A stretch of 64,000 nucleotides of DNA. Origin: an uncultured Alphaproteobacteria bacterium. GTDB lineage: Bacteria; Pseudomonadota; Alphaproteobacteria; RF32; CAG-239. The notes below the pieces were generated by a model, which had not been told where the DNA came from, did no database searches, and worked only from the letters and a program-made list of their open reading frames with translations. Positions 39,586 through 50,280 of this stretch are shown here, piece after piece (position 1 is the stretch's first letter; each line of letters starts with the position of its first letter). The position numbers were made by a program, and so were the translations under genes. The stretch lies in contig CALXTN010000003.1 in NCBI GenBank assembly GCA_944391405.1, positions 5,587 to 69,586 on the forward strand. The letters are read 5' to 3'.

Positions 39586-39887
39586 AAGTTAAGCTACTGC
39601 GCTTGGTTTCATTTGTTTAAATTCTAATTTTTAATTAGTATTTATTTTCTTTTTGCTTGCTTTAATGCTCTGAACACATAGTTTCTCTCAAAATCAAACA
39701 ATCCCTGCCGCACCAGATGTTTTGAACTTTGGGTATGCGGATATTTGCTTAAATCATATAATAACTCTAAAAATAAACGGTTTGTGTATTTTATATCAGA
39801 CAATTCAGAACTGAGCTTTGCCTGAGGAATCTTTTCTTTTTTTATCATTTTTCTTTCCTTTAGCTAAAAAGCGCAGTTGCTTAACTT
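39586..39887. repeat. ~300-bp unit bounded by 19-bp inverted repeats (39586-39604 and 39869-39887)
   Basis: aagttaagctactgcgctt versus the reverse complement aagttaagcaactgcgctt, 18/19 identical. Confidence 0.85.
39642..39848 (-). CDS. Small basic hypothetical protein (68 aa) inside the inverted-repeat unit
   Basis: AAAGGA RBS, TATAAT at 39894-39899 on the minus strand. Confidence 0.55.
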   Translation of the reverse strand: MIKKEKIPQAKLSSELSDIKYTNRLFLELLYDLSKYPHTQSSKHLVRQGLFDFERNYVFRALKQAKRK

Positions 39888-39915
39888 ATCTGCATTATAT
39901 CGTTTTTAAATAGTT

Positions 39916-41739
39916 TCACTGATTTTTTTGCATTTCCAACTCAAGCCATTTATTTTCTTTTTCTTCACACGATGTCCTTAATGTCTCTAATTTTTGACTT
40001 AATTCGTAGAACTTCTTTTCATTTTCCGCATACAATGATGGATTGGAGAGTTCTCCCTCTATCTCTCTTATCTCTTGTTCTATTTGCGCAATTTCATCCG
40101 GCAACACTTCATACAATCTTTGGTCTTTATAGCTCAGACGGACTTTTTTTGTTTCTATATTTTTTTCTGATTGTTCGCGTTCATTATTTTTTTTGCTGCC
40201 ATCTTGCACACTTTTCTTTTTTTCATCTTTTTGATATGGTTCTATGTATTTTTTATACAGTTCCTCATAATTTCCTACATGCTCAATTACACTTCCATCG
40301 CCACGCATATACAGCATAGAAGTTGTGATTTTATTTAAGAAATCTCTATCGTGACTAACTAACAAAATTGTTCCTTGATATTCATCTAAAACTTCTTGCA
40401 GTAAGTCTAACGTATCCATATCCAAATCATTTGTAGGCTCATCCAAAACCAAAAAATTTGATTCTTTTGCTAAAGACAACGCCAACATTAAACGATTTTT
40501 TTCACCACCAGACAGGCAAGATACCGGACTTTGCGCTTGCTCGGGCGTAAATAAAAAATCTTTCAAATAGGCTATCACATGGCGATAATGACCGCGAACA
40601 TATATATGATCACCCTCTCCACATAATGTTCTCCATAGAGTTTTATTCGGATCCAGCATAGTTCTGTTTTGATCAAAATAAGCCATTTCCAAATTTTTTC
40701 CCATACGAACAAAACCGTTATCCGGATTGAGATGCTGCGTCAATAACTTAATTAATGTTGTTTTTCCGGAACCATTGGGCCCGACTATACCTATTCTATT
40801 ACCTTTTAACACGCGCAAAGAGAAATCTTTAACTATTTCACGCTCTCCAAAACTTTTGGAAATATGTTTCGCTTCTATAACTAATTTGGATTGTATTGCC
40901 GCCTCTTTTATTTCTAAATCTATATTTCCGGTCTTTTTAATTTGATCGCGGCGTTCTTGACGTAATTGTTGCAACTTTCTTAGTCGCCCTTGGTTTCGGC
41001 GCCTTCTGGCGGTGACTCCTTTATGAAGCCACTCAGTTTCTTCTTCTATTTTCTTGTTTAAATTTTTTTCCTTTATAATTTCTTGATTGATAATTTCGTC
41101 TTGCCATTCTTCAAACGCCGTAAATCCTTTATCGTTTGAATAAACCACGCCTCTATCTAACCAAAGTGTTTTATTAGAAATATGTGTCAGAAACGACCTA
41201 TCGTGACTAATAACAACAACCGCCCCTTGAAAATCTTTTACAATTTCTTCAAGCTTTTCAATTGTTGTGATGTCTAAATGGTTTGTCGGCTCATCTAACA
41301 ATAAAATATCCGGTTCTGATATCAAAGCTCTGGCTAAAGCTGCTTTTTTCAATTCTCCGCCGGATGCTGTTTGTGGCGATACTTGTTTCTTTATTTCAAA
41401 GCGGTCTGCCCATATATCGGCTTTATACTTCTGGTTTTCTCTTTCCTCTTCTTCTAACCCTGACAAGATAACATCCAAAAGAGTGGCATATGCTGAAAAA
41501 TCGCCATTTTGCTCCATATAACTTATCTTTGTACCGGGTTGCACAAATACTTCTCCGTTATCGGGAGCTTGCACGCCAGATATGACTTTTAGTAAGGTCG
41601 ATTTTCCACTACCATTGCGCCCAACTAGGCATATTTTATCACCTCTTCCAATATTTAGACTAACAGATGTAAATAGAGGATGAACACCAAAAGTTAAACT
41701 GATTTCTCTTAAAGTATATATTGGGGCTTCTTTTACCAT
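39916..41739 (-). CDS. uup: ABC-F ATPase Uup
   Basis: Two NBDs, EWLHKGVTARRRRNQGR linker, LSYKDQR C-terminal coiled coil. Confidence 0.93.
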   Translation of the reverse strand: MVKEAPIYTLREISLTFGVHPLFTSVSLNIGRGDKICLVGRNGSGKSTLLKVISGVQAPDNGEVFVQPGTKISYMEQNGDFSAYATLLDVILSGLEEEERENQKYKADIWADRFEIKKQVSPQTASGGELKKAALARALISEPDILLLDEPTNHLDITTIEKLEEIVKDFQGAVVVISHDRSFLTHISNKTLWLDRGVVYSNDKGFTAFEEWQDEIINQEIIKEKNLNKKIEEETEWLHKGVTARRRRNQGRLRKLQQLRQERRDQIKKTGNIDLEIKEAAIQSKLVIEAKHISKSFGEREIVKDFSLRVLKGNRIGIVGPNGSGKTTLIKLLTQHLNPDNGFVRMGKNLEMAYFDQNRTMLDPNKTLWRTLCGEGDHIYVRGHYRHVIAYLKDFLFTPEQAQSPVSCLSGGEKNRLMLALSLAKESNFLVLDEPTNDLDMDTLDLLQEVLDEYQGTILLVSHDRDFLNKITTSMLYMRGDGSVIEHVGNYEELYKKYIEPYQKDEKKKSVQDGSKKNNEREQSEKNIETKKVRLSYKDQRLYEVLPDEIAQIEQEIREIEGELSNPSLYAENEKKFYELSQKLETLRTSCEEKENKWLELEMQKNQ

Positions 41740-41867
41740 TTTTTTAACAGGATATCTTGTGTTTTAGAATTTACAATCTGTTCTTTATACTTTATTTTTT
41801 GTTGAAAGCAATATTTTTTTGCTATATCTTGCTGTTTGGTTGATATTTGTCTGAGGGATGAAATTTT

Positions 41868-42983
41868 ATGAAAAAGTTTAGTCTTGTTTTCTGTTGTTTG
41901 TATCTTTGTTCTGCATCTAATATTTATGCACAAGCACATAATTCTTCAGAGGTTTCTTCTGTCATTGATATTCAGCAAGTTTCATCAACCGATAAAATTA
42001 CAAAAACAACAACAAGTAAAGTTACTTCCACCTCGGGGGACAATTTTGAAGCATTTGAAAAAAATACTTCTTTTAATGATGATAAAAGTTTAACTTTAGA
42101 GGAATTAAGACAAAACGCCATCAATGGAGATACTGAAGCTCAACTTGATTTGGGCTATATGTACTTATATGGCGTCAAAGGAGTTAAGGTTGATTATTCT
42201 CAAGCTCTTTATTTTTATCAATTGGCTGCGGAAAAAAATAATGCTGTCGCTCTTAATAATTTAGGTAGTTTGTATTTCAACGGTTTGGGTACTAAAGTTG
42301 ATTATGAAAAAGCTATGAAATATTTTGAACAAGCTGCTCATTTGGGAAGTAATGATGCTGCTGTTAATCTTGCCATTATTTATTTGGGGGCAGATTTTCC
42401 AAATAAATCCAAGCAAGATTTTGATAAAGTTTTCTATCTTTTGAATCAGGCTCAAAAAACAAATAATTCTGCAAAATTTTTATTAGGCTATGCATATTAT
42501 ACTGGTTTTTTTGTTGAACGTGATTATATTAATGCATTCAAGCTTATTAAGAATGCTGCTGATGCTCAGTACGATGAGGCTCAGTTGGTTTTAGCTGACT
42601 TTTATATTGATGGGCTAGGCACTCCTAAAAACTATAATCGAGCTATTCAATATCTTGAATATGCAGCTAAACAGGGAAATTCTGAAGCTCTTATGCGACT
42701 GGCTGATATTTATGCTGCAGGTGAATTATATACTAAAGACATCAAAAAAGCATATATGCTTTATAATGTTGCGTCAGTTCTAGGGGTTGATGATGCTGCT
42801 GATAATCGCGATGATTTAGAGAAGAATCTTGGAATTAATGATTTGTTACAAGTTCAAAATGATGCGGAGAATTATAAATTTCAACCTTCTGATTTAACAG
42901 CTTTTATCAGAAAAACTTTTGGAAAAAGTTTACGCGTTTATATTGATTCAAATCAACATTTTGTTTCAAATATCAATAAATAA
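41868..42983 (+). CDS. Exported Sel1-repeat protein
   Basis: Signal peptide, repeats AQLDLGYMYLYG..GV and ALNNLGSLYFNGLGT. Confidence 0.9.
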   Translation: MKKFSLVFCCLYLCSASNIYAQAHNSSEVSSVIDIQQVSSTDKITKTTTSKVTSTSGDNFEAFEKNTSFNDDKSLTLEELRQNAINGDTEAQLDLGYMYLYGVKGVKVDYSQALYFYQLAAEKNNAVALNNLGSLYFNGLGTKVDYEKAMKYFEQAAHLGSNDAAVNLAIIYLGADFPNKSKQDFDKVFYLLNQAQKTNNSAKFLLGYAYYTGFFVERDYINAFKLIKNAADAQYDEAQLVLADFYIDGLGTPKNYNRAIQYLEYAAKQGNSEALMRLADIYAAGELYTKDIKKAYMLYNVASVLGVDDAADNRDDLEKNLGINDLLQVQNDAENYKFQPSDLTAFIRKTFGKSLRVYIDSNQHFVSNINK

Positions 42984-42992
42984 TATGGGAGT

Positions 42993-43955
42993 TTGACAGT
43001 GAATATTTCGACAATTTTAAATAAACTTGTTTCTTGGCTCGGTTTATTCTTTTTTGCACTTGCTGCTTATATGATTTATCGACAATTGTCAAAGTATTCA
43101 TTAGATGAATTAAAAACAGCTCTGTTGAGCATTCCTTTAGATAATTTATTATATGCTCTGACTGCTTCCTTTGTCGGATATGTTGCTTTATCTACTTATG
43201 ATTACTTGGCACTGAAATATATCAAAAAAAAATTAGCTGCTTGGAAATGGATTTTAACTGGTTTTGTTGGATTTTCTATTAGTAATAATGCCGGACATGC
43301 TATTGTTTCTGGCGGAACAGTTCGTTACCGTTTTTACTCTCGCTGGGGAATTTCTCCTGGAGATATTGTTAAGATGGTAACTTTTTCCGGATTTACTTAT
43401 CTTGTCGCTTGTTTCTTCTTAATCATTGTTGGATATGTTTTAACACCTGAACATGCTTTTGGTGGAAATGATTCTACTAAAATGTCTACATTAATTACAA
43501 TGATACTTTCCGTTATTGGTTTAGCTATCTATTTATGGGCTAGTGTCTACTATAAAAAGGATTTGGTTATAAAGGGGATTGATTTCAAGATGCCTAATCT
43601 TAAATTAGCTTTAGAACAAGTCTTTATTGGCAGTATTGATATTGTGATGGCTTCTTTGGTACTTTATTCTGTTTTAATCTGCTTTGTTGAAATTGATTTT
43701 GTAACTTTTATGGGAGCTTTTATTATTGCTCAGGTTTTAGGTGTATACAGCCAAGTCCCTGGCGGATTGGGTGTTTTTGAATTAGTTTTCTCAAATATAC
43801 TTCCAGGACAAGATAACCAAGCTATTTTATTTGGTGCTCTTATCGCTTATCGTATCATTTATTATCTTTTACCGCTTATCTTATCTGGTATTGTTCTTCT
43901 GCTATATGAATTCTTTCGCAAAGATATAGATGATATAAATATTCAGCAAAAGTAA
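42993..43955 (+). CDS. Lysylphosphatidylglycerol-synthase TM-domain protein (MprF N-terminal-like)
   Basis: YDYLAL, SGGTVRYRFYSRWG, VPGGLGVFE and AYRIIYYLLP. Confidence 0.85.
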   Translation: MTVNISTILNKLVSWLGLFFFALAAYMIYRQLSKYSLDELKTALLSIPLDNLLYALTASFVGYVALSTYDYLALKYIKKKLAAWKWILTGFVGFSISNNAGHAIVSGGTVRYRFYSRWGISPGDIVKMVTFSGFTYLVACFFLIIVGYVLTPEHAFGGNDSTKMSTLITMILSVIGLAIYLWASVYYKKDLVIKGIDFKMPNLKLALEQVFIGSIDIVMASLVLYSVLICFVEIDFVTFMGAFIIAQVLGVYSQVPGGLGVFELVFSNILPGQDNQAILFGALIAYRIIYYLLPLILSGIVLLLYEFFRKDIDDINIQQK

Positions 43956-44068
43956 TTTTACTAGTTGCGACTATTATACTGAGGTAAAGTACATAGTTAG
44001 AAGCTGTTTTAGGCTAATTTCTCTGTGGAAAGTCCTATTATTATATTTAGTATTCTCATTTCTTTTTA

Positions 44069-44488
44069 TTATAATTCAGACGTACAGTGAGGACAGCGTT
44101 TTGCTTTAATTGGGATTTCCGAACAACAATATGGGCACTCTTTCATTTTTGGTTCAGCTGATTTTTCTTCCTTTATCATTTTTTCCTGCAACTTGTTTAT
44201 GCCTTTTATCAAGATGAAGACAGCAAACGCAACAATTAAAAAGCTAATTAGCGCATTGATGAATAATCCATAATTTATCGTAATAGGATTTTCTCCCGTT
44301 GTTAAATTTAGTTTTAAATCTGAAAAATCAACTTTACCCATCAGTAATCCAATCGGTGGCATTAAAATATCTTTCACAAGAGAATCTACTATTTTCCCAA
44401 ATGATGCACCGATAATAATACCTACCGCCATATCTATAACATTGCCACGCATAGCAAATTTTTTAAATTCAATTATGAAACTTTTCAT
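44069..44488 (-). CDS. mscL: Large-conductance mechanosensitive channel with C-terminal CxxC..CxxC
   Basis: [21 protein letters not shown] and INYGLFI. Start at the second Met after AGGAG. Confidence 0.95.
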   Translation of the reverse strand: MKSFIIEFKKFAMRGNVIDMAVGIIIGASFGKIVDSLVKDILMPPIGLLMGKVDFSDLKLNLTTGENPITINYGLFINALISFLIVAFAVFILIKGINKLQEKMIKEEKSAEPKMKECPYCCSEIPIKAKRCPHCTSEL

Positions 44489-44503
44489 CTTTTCTCCTTT
44501 CAT

Positions 44504-44537
44504 AAAAAATCCCCACCTTTATAAGATGGGGGATTTT
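44504..44537 (-). terminator. Terminator after rbfA
   Basis: aaaatcccc..ggggatttt stem with a U-tract on the minus strand. Confidence 0.75.
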
Positions 44538-44538
44538 C

Positions 44539-44937
44539 TTATTCATCCGCTTCAGATTTTAAATCCTTAGCAACTTTAGGATCTCTTAATAGTTGCTCAA
44601 TCTTATCTACTTCTTCAAAAGACGTATCTATTCTGAAATTTAAATCCGGTGTATAGCGAAGCTTTAATTTTGATGCAATAAGCTTTTTCATACCCCACGT
44701 TTCAGCATTTAAGTCATCTTCTATTTGACCTAAATTTTGACCATTTAAAGTCATGAAGTAAATTGTGCAATATTTCAAATCTGGTGAAATATCTACATCT
44801 GTTATCGTTACAAGATTATCCAAAATCAAAGGATTTCTTACCATTCCTTTTTCTAAGGCACCGGCAATGATCTTTTTTATCTCTTGGGCTATTCGTAACT
44901 GACGTTGAGATGGTTCTTTACTTCCGCGTATTACCAT
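44539..44937 (-). CDS. rbfA: Ribosome-binding factor A
   Basis: SQRQLR, ITDVDISPDL and LRYTPDLNF..D. Confidence 0.95.
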   Translation of the reverse strand: MVIRGSKEPSQRQLRIAQEIKKIIAGALEKGMVRNPLILDNLVTITDVDISPDLKYCTIYFMTLNGQNLGQIEDDLNAETWGMKKLIASKLKLRYTPDLNFRIDTSFEEVDKIEQLLRDPKVAKDLKSEADE

Positions 44938-44951
44938 TGCTTTATCTCCTA

Positions 44952-47462
44952 TCAGAGTTTAGCAGCAATTGTTTCAAGTTCATAACATTCAATGTAGTCA
45001 CCTACCTGAATATCATTATAATTCTCAAAACTCATACCACATTCATAACCTTCTTTAACTTCCTTAACATCTTCTTTAAAGCGCTTCAACTGAGCTAAGT
45101 TACCATCATGGATAACAACGTTATCTCTTAATAATCTTACTTTAGCACCACGTTTTACAAGACCTTCGGTTACCATACAACCACCAACTTTACCTACTCC
45201 AGTGATATTAAACACGTTACGAATTTCAGCATATCCCAAGAACTTCTCGCGGATTTCTGGAGACAGTAAACCTTCAAGACCTTTCTTTACATCATCTGCG
45301 ACATCATAAATGATAGAGTAGTATCTGATATCAATACCATCTCGGCGTGCCATATCTCTTGCTTGTGGAATTGCACGAACGTTAAATCCGATAATGAACG
45401 CATTTGACGCTTTAGCTAAGGTTACATCTGATTCAGAAATAGGACCAACAGCTGAGTGTAATACATGCACAGAAACTTCATTTGTTGATAATTTATTGAT
45501 TGTTCCTTCAATTGCTTCAATAGAACCTTGAACATCAGCTTTAATAATCACTGATAATTGTTTTGATTCACCTGATTTAATCTTATCAAGCATTTGTTCC
45601 ATAGCCGATTTTGCACTTTTAACCAACTTTGCATCACGCTCTTTACGAATACGGTAGTTTGTTACTTCGCGAGCCTGATTTTCATCTTTTACTACGATGA
45701 AATCATCACCGGCAGATGGAGTTCCTTGCAACCCTAGCACTTCAACAGGTGTTGCCGGAGTTGCTTCAAACACTTTCTTTCCGTTTTCATTAAACATAGC
45801 ACGAACGTGTCCCCACTCTTTACCTGCTATGCAAACATCTCCAACCTTCAGCGTACCATTCTGAACAAGTACAGTTACTACGTTACCGCGACCTTTTTCC
45901 ATTTTGGCTTCAATCACAGCACCTTCTGCCGCACGGTTTGGATTTGCTTTCAAATCCAAAATTTCTGCTTGTAATAAAATAGCTTCCACCAATTTGTCGA
46001 TATTTATTCTCTTCTTTGCAGAAACTTCTGCGCATAAACTTTCACCTCCCATCTCTTCAACAGCAATACCATGTTGCAAGAGTTCGGTTTTAACTTTCAT
46101 TGGATCCGCACCTGGTAAGTCAATTTTATTAATTGCTACAACGATTGGCACATTTGCTGCTTGCGCGTGGCGTATAGCCTCTACTGTTTGCGGTTTAATA
46201 CCATCATTTGCTGCAACAACCAATACAACAATATCCGTTACTTTGGCTCCTCTGGCACGCATTTCTGAAAAAGCCTCATGTCCAGGTGTATCAATAAATG
46301 TAATTTTTTGACCGTTTTGTAAAGTTATTTGATATGCACCGATATGTTGAGTAATACCACCAGCTTCCCTTGCTGCCACGTTAGTTTCTCTTAGAGCATC
46401 CAATAATGAAGTCTTACCATGGTCAACGTGTCCCATCACAGTTACTACCGGAGGACGTGGCAATAAATCTTCCTCGGCGTCTTTCGGACCTGTCAATCCC
46501 TCTTCTACATCACTTTCTGCTACACGTTTAAATTTATGTCCCATTTCTTCAACAACAATTTGTGCTGTATCGGCATCAATAACTTGATTTATGGTTGCCA
46601 TTACACCTAAAGACATCAATTTTTTAATAACATCCGCGCTTTTCTCAGCCATACGGTTTGCCAAATCTTGAACAGTAATGATTTCCGGAATAATTACTTC
46701 TTTGATGATTTTCTCTTGTGGTGCTTGTTGCTGAGCTTGAGGTTTGGGTGTCTTTTTCTTATAACGACGTCGAGGTGCACCGTACCCATAATCGTCCTCC
46801 TCCTCATCATCTCCAAACATGTATGAGTTTACATTTATTTTTGTATTGCGTTTTGGGGTTTCAAAGCTACGTTTTTGTATTTTTTTTCTTTCTTGTTCAA
46901 ACGTTTCTTCTTTACTCATTGGTCTACTTGATTCTGATGATGTTTTTTTGCTTTTTTTATTATAATACTCTTCTTCATCTTCATCATCACTATAATCTTC
47001 TTTCTTATGCTTGTAGTTATGAGGCTTTTCTTCATTTTCTTCATAATCATTTATCTTATTGTTTTGATATTTTTTTTCTTTTACAGTTTGCTCTGCTCTT
47101 TTTTGTTCTTCTTCTGCTTGCTCTGTTGCTTTTTTTTCGGCCTCAGCTTTTTCTGCTGCTATTCTAGCCTCTTCTTCCTCTTTTTGCTTTTGTCTTAACA
47201 ATGCTTTCTCTGCTTCTTCTTGCTTCTTCTGAGCTTCATGCTCTTTACCTTTGTTAATTAATTCTATTTTTTGAGCCAAAACCTCATCTATCTCAACTTT
47301 AGGTTCAGCCTTAGCTTGAGTATTTGTACTTACAAATCTTTTTTTTCTCACTTCTACCTGTACAATCTTTTTGCCTTCTGGCTTTAATGTTGTATTCGGC
47401 TTTTTTAGTGTGAGGGTTGATTTTCCGGATAATGTTAGTTTTTTGCCATTATCTTCTGTCAT
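44952..47462 (-). CDS. infB: Translation initiation factor IF-2
   Basis: [26 protein letters not shown] and DTPGHEAF. Confidence 0.99.
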   Translation of the reverse strand: MTEDNGKKLTLSGKSTLTLKKPNTTLKPEGKKIVQVEVRKKRFVSTNTQAKAEPKVEIDEVLAQKIELINKGKEHEAQKKQEEAEKALLRQKQKEEEEARIAAEKAEAEKKATEQAEEEQKRAEQTVKEKKYQNNKINDYEENEEKPHNYKHKKEDYSDDEDEEEYYNKKSKKTSSESSRPMSKEETFEQERKKIQKRSFETPKRNTKINVNSYMFGDDEEEDDYGYGAPRRRYKKKTPKPQAQQQAPQEKIIKEVIIPEIITVQDLANRMAEKSADVIKKLMSLGVMATINQVIDADTAQIVVEEMGHKFKRVAESDVEEGLTGPKDAEEDLLPRPPVVTVMGHVDHGKTSLLDALRETNVAAREAGGITQHIGAYQITLQNGQKITFIDTPGHEAFSEMRARGAKVTDIVVLVVAANDGIKPQTVEAIRHAQAANVPIVVAINKIDLPGADPMKVKTELLQHGIAVEEMGGESLCAEVSAKKRINIDKLVEAILLQAEILDLKANPNRAAEGAVIEAKMEKGRGNVVTVLVQNGTLKVGDVCIAGKEWGHVRAMFNENGKKVFEATPATPVEVLGLQGTPSAGDDFIVVKDENQAREVTNYRIRKERDAKLVKSAKSAMEQMLDKIKSGESKQLSVIIKADVQGSIEAIEGTINKLSTNEVSVHVLHSAVGPISESDVTLAKASNAFIIGFNVRAIPQARDMARRDGIDIRYYSIIYDVADDVKKGLEGLLSPEIREKFLGYAEIRNVFNITGVGKVGGCMVTEGLVKRGAKVRLLRDNVVIHDGNLAQLKRFKEDVKEVKEGYECGMSFENYNDIQVGDYIECYELETIAAKL

Positions 47463-48043
47463 TCGTTATTCTCTCCGTTATATAAAAAGTTTTGATACTT
47501 CTTTAAATTGTTATACACACTGCGAGACATATTGCTTTTTAGTACAGCTATATGTACCGTATTCTCCTTCTTTAAAGCTCTATCTAATTCATCTATACTA
47601 AATAAATTAAATTTTTCAAGATTTTTAGCAAAAACTGCTATTTTTTCCTTGCCATCATTGCCTGCATCTCGTGCTTCTATGATAAAATCTACTTTGTTTT
47701 TTTGAATTACCTCTTTAACTTTTTCAAAACCGCAAACAAGCACTCCGGCTTTTCTTGCCATATTCAAACTTGTTAGTGCTTTTTCTTTTATTAAATTCTC
47801 CACAATCTCAATAAAATTTTCCGAAATTCTTAAATTATGGCGACTTACTTTATGGAAAATCTTCTTTTCTATTGCTTTTATAACAGAGAGCCGATTACAG
47901 CTTACATACATGCCTTTTCCGGGGAGTTTTTTGTTAAAATCCGGTAAAAGTTCATTGTTTAGCTCAACAAACCGTAGCAACTCGTTACCAGGTTTGCTTA
48001 CGCCTTCTACTATGCATTTACGCTCAATCAGCTCTCTTGACAT
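47459..48043 (-). CDS. DUF448 (YlxR)-L7Ae-like fusion RNA-binding protein
   Basis: ERKCIV, LLRFV, KLPGKG and ARKAG..VCGFEKV. Lies between nusA and infB. Confidence 0.85.
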   Translation of the reverse strand: MSRELIERKCIVEGVSKPGNELLRFVELNNELLPDFNKKLPGKGMYVSCNRLSVIKAIEKKIFHKVSRHNLRISENFIEIVENLIKEKALTSLNMARKAGVLVCGFEKVKEVIQKNKVDFIIEARDAGNDGKEKIAVFAKNLEKFNLFSIDELDRALKKENTVHIAVLKSNMSRSVYNNLKKYQNFLYNGENNE

Positions 48044-48054
48044 ATTTTCCTCGC

Positions 48055-49572
48055 TTATTGCTTATCTTCATCGGCAAACCAGTGTTCACGGGCTGCCATG
48101 ATGATACGATTTGCTTCAACTTCGGTAATGACTCCATCACCTAAAATTTCAATCAATTCGTCTGCGGCTAGATCTGCTAAGTCATCCAATGTCTTTACGC
48201 CATTTTCAGCTAAGCTTATTATCATATCTTGATCAAGACCAGATATTGTCTTTAAGCTGTCATCAACACCCAAGGTCTTGCTCTTTTCAACAAATTCTTC
48301 ATTACGCTTTTTAACGAATTCTTTTGCTCTGCTTTGTAACTCAGCAGCTAAATCTTCATCAAAACCATCGATTGATGCCAATTCAGAAACATCTACCATC
48401 GCAATTTCATCAACTGTTGAAAATCCTTCTGAAATCAGAACGTGCGCAATCATTTCATCTACATCTAATGCAGAAACAAAACGCTCTGATTTGATTCTAT
48501 TTTCATTTGCGCGTCTTTCATGTTCTTGCTCTTCTGTTAAAATATCAATATCTGCACCTACTAATTGAGATGCTAATTTAACATTTTGTCCGCGACGTCC
48601 AATTGCCACAGAATATTGGTCTTCGGTTACAACAACTTCTATTCTGTTGTTTTCCTCATCCAAAACAACCTTGCTTACTTCTGCAGGAGCTAGCGCACTT
48701 ACGATAAATTGAGCTTTATCTGCGGAGTATGGTACGATATCAATTTTTTCACCTTGTAATTCGGTTACAACTGCTTGAACACGAATACCTCTTAAACCAA
48801 CGCATGCTCCTACTGGATCAATTGATGAATCTTTTGCTTTTACAGCAATTTTAGCTTTTGAACCAGGATCTCTGGCTACACCCATGATTTCAACTAAACC
48901 ATCATAAATTTCAGGTACTTCTGATGTAAATAATTTAGCCATAAATTCTGGGCATGTTCTTGATAAGAAAATTTGCGGACCGCGGGTTTCACGACGTACA
49001 TCCAAAACATAAGCTCTTACTCTGTCGCCATTTTTAAAATTTTCTCTCGGAATTAATTCATCTCTGCGTAAAATGGCTTCTGTTTTGCCCATATCTACAA
49101 TAACATTACCAAATTCCAGTCTTTTTACTGTACCATTGATAATGGTACCAATCTTTTCTTTATATTCTTCATATTGCTTATTACGTTCTGCTTCGCGGAC
49201 CTTTTGCATAATGACCTGCTTTGCTGTTTGAGCTGCAATACGACCAAAATCAATTGGTGGAAGCGGATCTATAATATATTCTCCGACTTTTACATCTGGA
49301 TTTATTCTCTTTGCTTCTTCCAATGTTAACTCTGTTGTTTCATTTTCAATCTCATCAACAACAGCTCTATAGCGAGCCAATGTAATAGCTCCGGTTTTAC
49401 GGTTTATGTTCACGCGAATATCATGTTCAAATCCGTATTTAGAACGTCCGGCTTTTTGAATAGCCTCTTCCATGGCTTTGAATACATCTTCGCGGTCTAT
49501 ATTTTTCTCTCTGGCAACAGTATCTGCCACCATTAGAATTTCTGGTCTGGGCATGTTTACTATATTTTCCAT
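48055..49572 (-). CDS. nusA: Transcription termination factor NusA
   Basis: FGRIAAQTAKQVI, ARDPGSKAK, DPVGACVG and AIGRRGQNV. Confidence 0.99.
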   Translation of the reverse strand: MENIVNMPRPEILMVADTVAREKNIDREDVFKAMEEAIQKAGRSKYGFEHDIRVNINRKTGAITLARYRAVVDEIENETTELTLEEAKRINPDVKVGEYIIDPLPPIDFGRIAAQTAKQVIMQKVREAERNKQYEEYKEKIGTIINGTVKRLEFGNVIVDMGKTEAILRRDELIPRENFKNGDRVRAYVLDVRRETRGPQIFLSRTCPEFMAKLFTSEVPEIYDGLVEIMGVARDPGSKAKIAVKAKDSSIDPVGACVGLRGIRVQAVVTELQGEKIDIVPYSADKAQFIVSALAPAEVSKVVLDEENNRIEVVVTEDQYSVAIGRRGQNVKLASQLVGADIDILTEEQEHERRANENRIKSERFVSALDVDEMIAHVLISEGFSTVDEIAMVDVSELASIDGFDEDLAAELQSRAKEFVKKRNEEFVEKSKTLGVDDSLKTISGLDQDMIISLAENGVKTLDDLADLAADELIEILGDGVITEVEANRIIMAAREHWFADEDKQ

Positions 49573-49610
49573 AGTGTTCCTCTTTTATTGGGTTACGTCA
49601 TATAATAAAA

Positions 49611-50114
49611 TTAGGCTTTTGATGTTTTATGAGATTTCAAATATCTTTCCCATAATTCATCGGTTAATATTATTTTTGCTTTTATTATCTGGGAGAACGG
49701 CACTTTATAGATGTTTTCTCCTTCTTCTAAGATAATTTCATCTTCTGCAGTTACTTCTTTGATTATCCCTTTGAAACGCTTCCTCTTTTCTATCAATTCA
49801 CTCGTTTCAGCTTTAATCATTTCACCTTGGTAACGTTTAAAATGTTCTAGCTTTGTCAACGGTCTATCCAATCCGGGAGAGCTAACCTCCAAAGTATATT
49901 TATTCTCTATCGGATCCTTTTCATCCAGTACCGCAGAGATAGCGCGACTAACTGTTGCACAATCATCTACTGTTAACTCTTCTTCATAATTTTTATGCTC
50001 AATCATAATTTGTAGTGTTGGATTGTTTTCACCGATAGTAGTTATTCTTACAATCTCATAACCTAAGTTTTCAACTATCGGTTCAATCATATCTGCCAAA
50101 TAATGCTTTTGCAT
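49611..50114 (-). CDS. rimP: Ribosome maturation factor RimP
   Basis: LEVSSPGLDRPL. Start MQKHY after AAGGAG. Confidence 0.96.
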   Translation of the reverse strand: MQKHYLADMIEPIVENLGYEIVRITTIGENNPTLQIMIEHKNYEEELTVDDCATVSRAISAVLDEKDPIENKYTLEVSSPGLDRPLTKLEHFKRYQGEMIKAETSELIEKRKRFKGIIKEVTAEDEIILEEGENIYKVPFSQIIKAKIILTDELWERYLKSHKTSKA

Positions 50115-50138
50115 CCGTTTCTCCTTATTTATATTAAC

Positions 50139-50165
50139 AAAAAAGCGGGGCTTTAACCCCACTTT
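50139..50165 (-). promoter_or_regulatory. rimP leader hairpin/attenuator
   Basis: aaagtgggg-ttaaag-ccccgc-tttttt about 25 nt before the rimP start, matching the known rimP-leader pattern. Confidence 0.75.
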
Positions 50166-50280
50166 CAAGTTTTATGAAAGATTATGTGTTTTATATACCA
50201 TAAAAAAATTTAAAATAAAGCTTTTTTTACCTTTTTTCATAACTTTTTTATCTAACACTCTGTTATCTCTTTGTTTTATT

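Noticed and set aside
46718-47198. Phe/Leu-rich plus-strand ORFs (149 and 63 aa)
   Set aside because: Antisense shadows of the Lys/Glu-rich IF-2 N-terminus.
50115-50168. Extended RimP start (MKVGLKPR..)
   Set aside because: It spans the leader hairpin; the SD supports ATG 50114.
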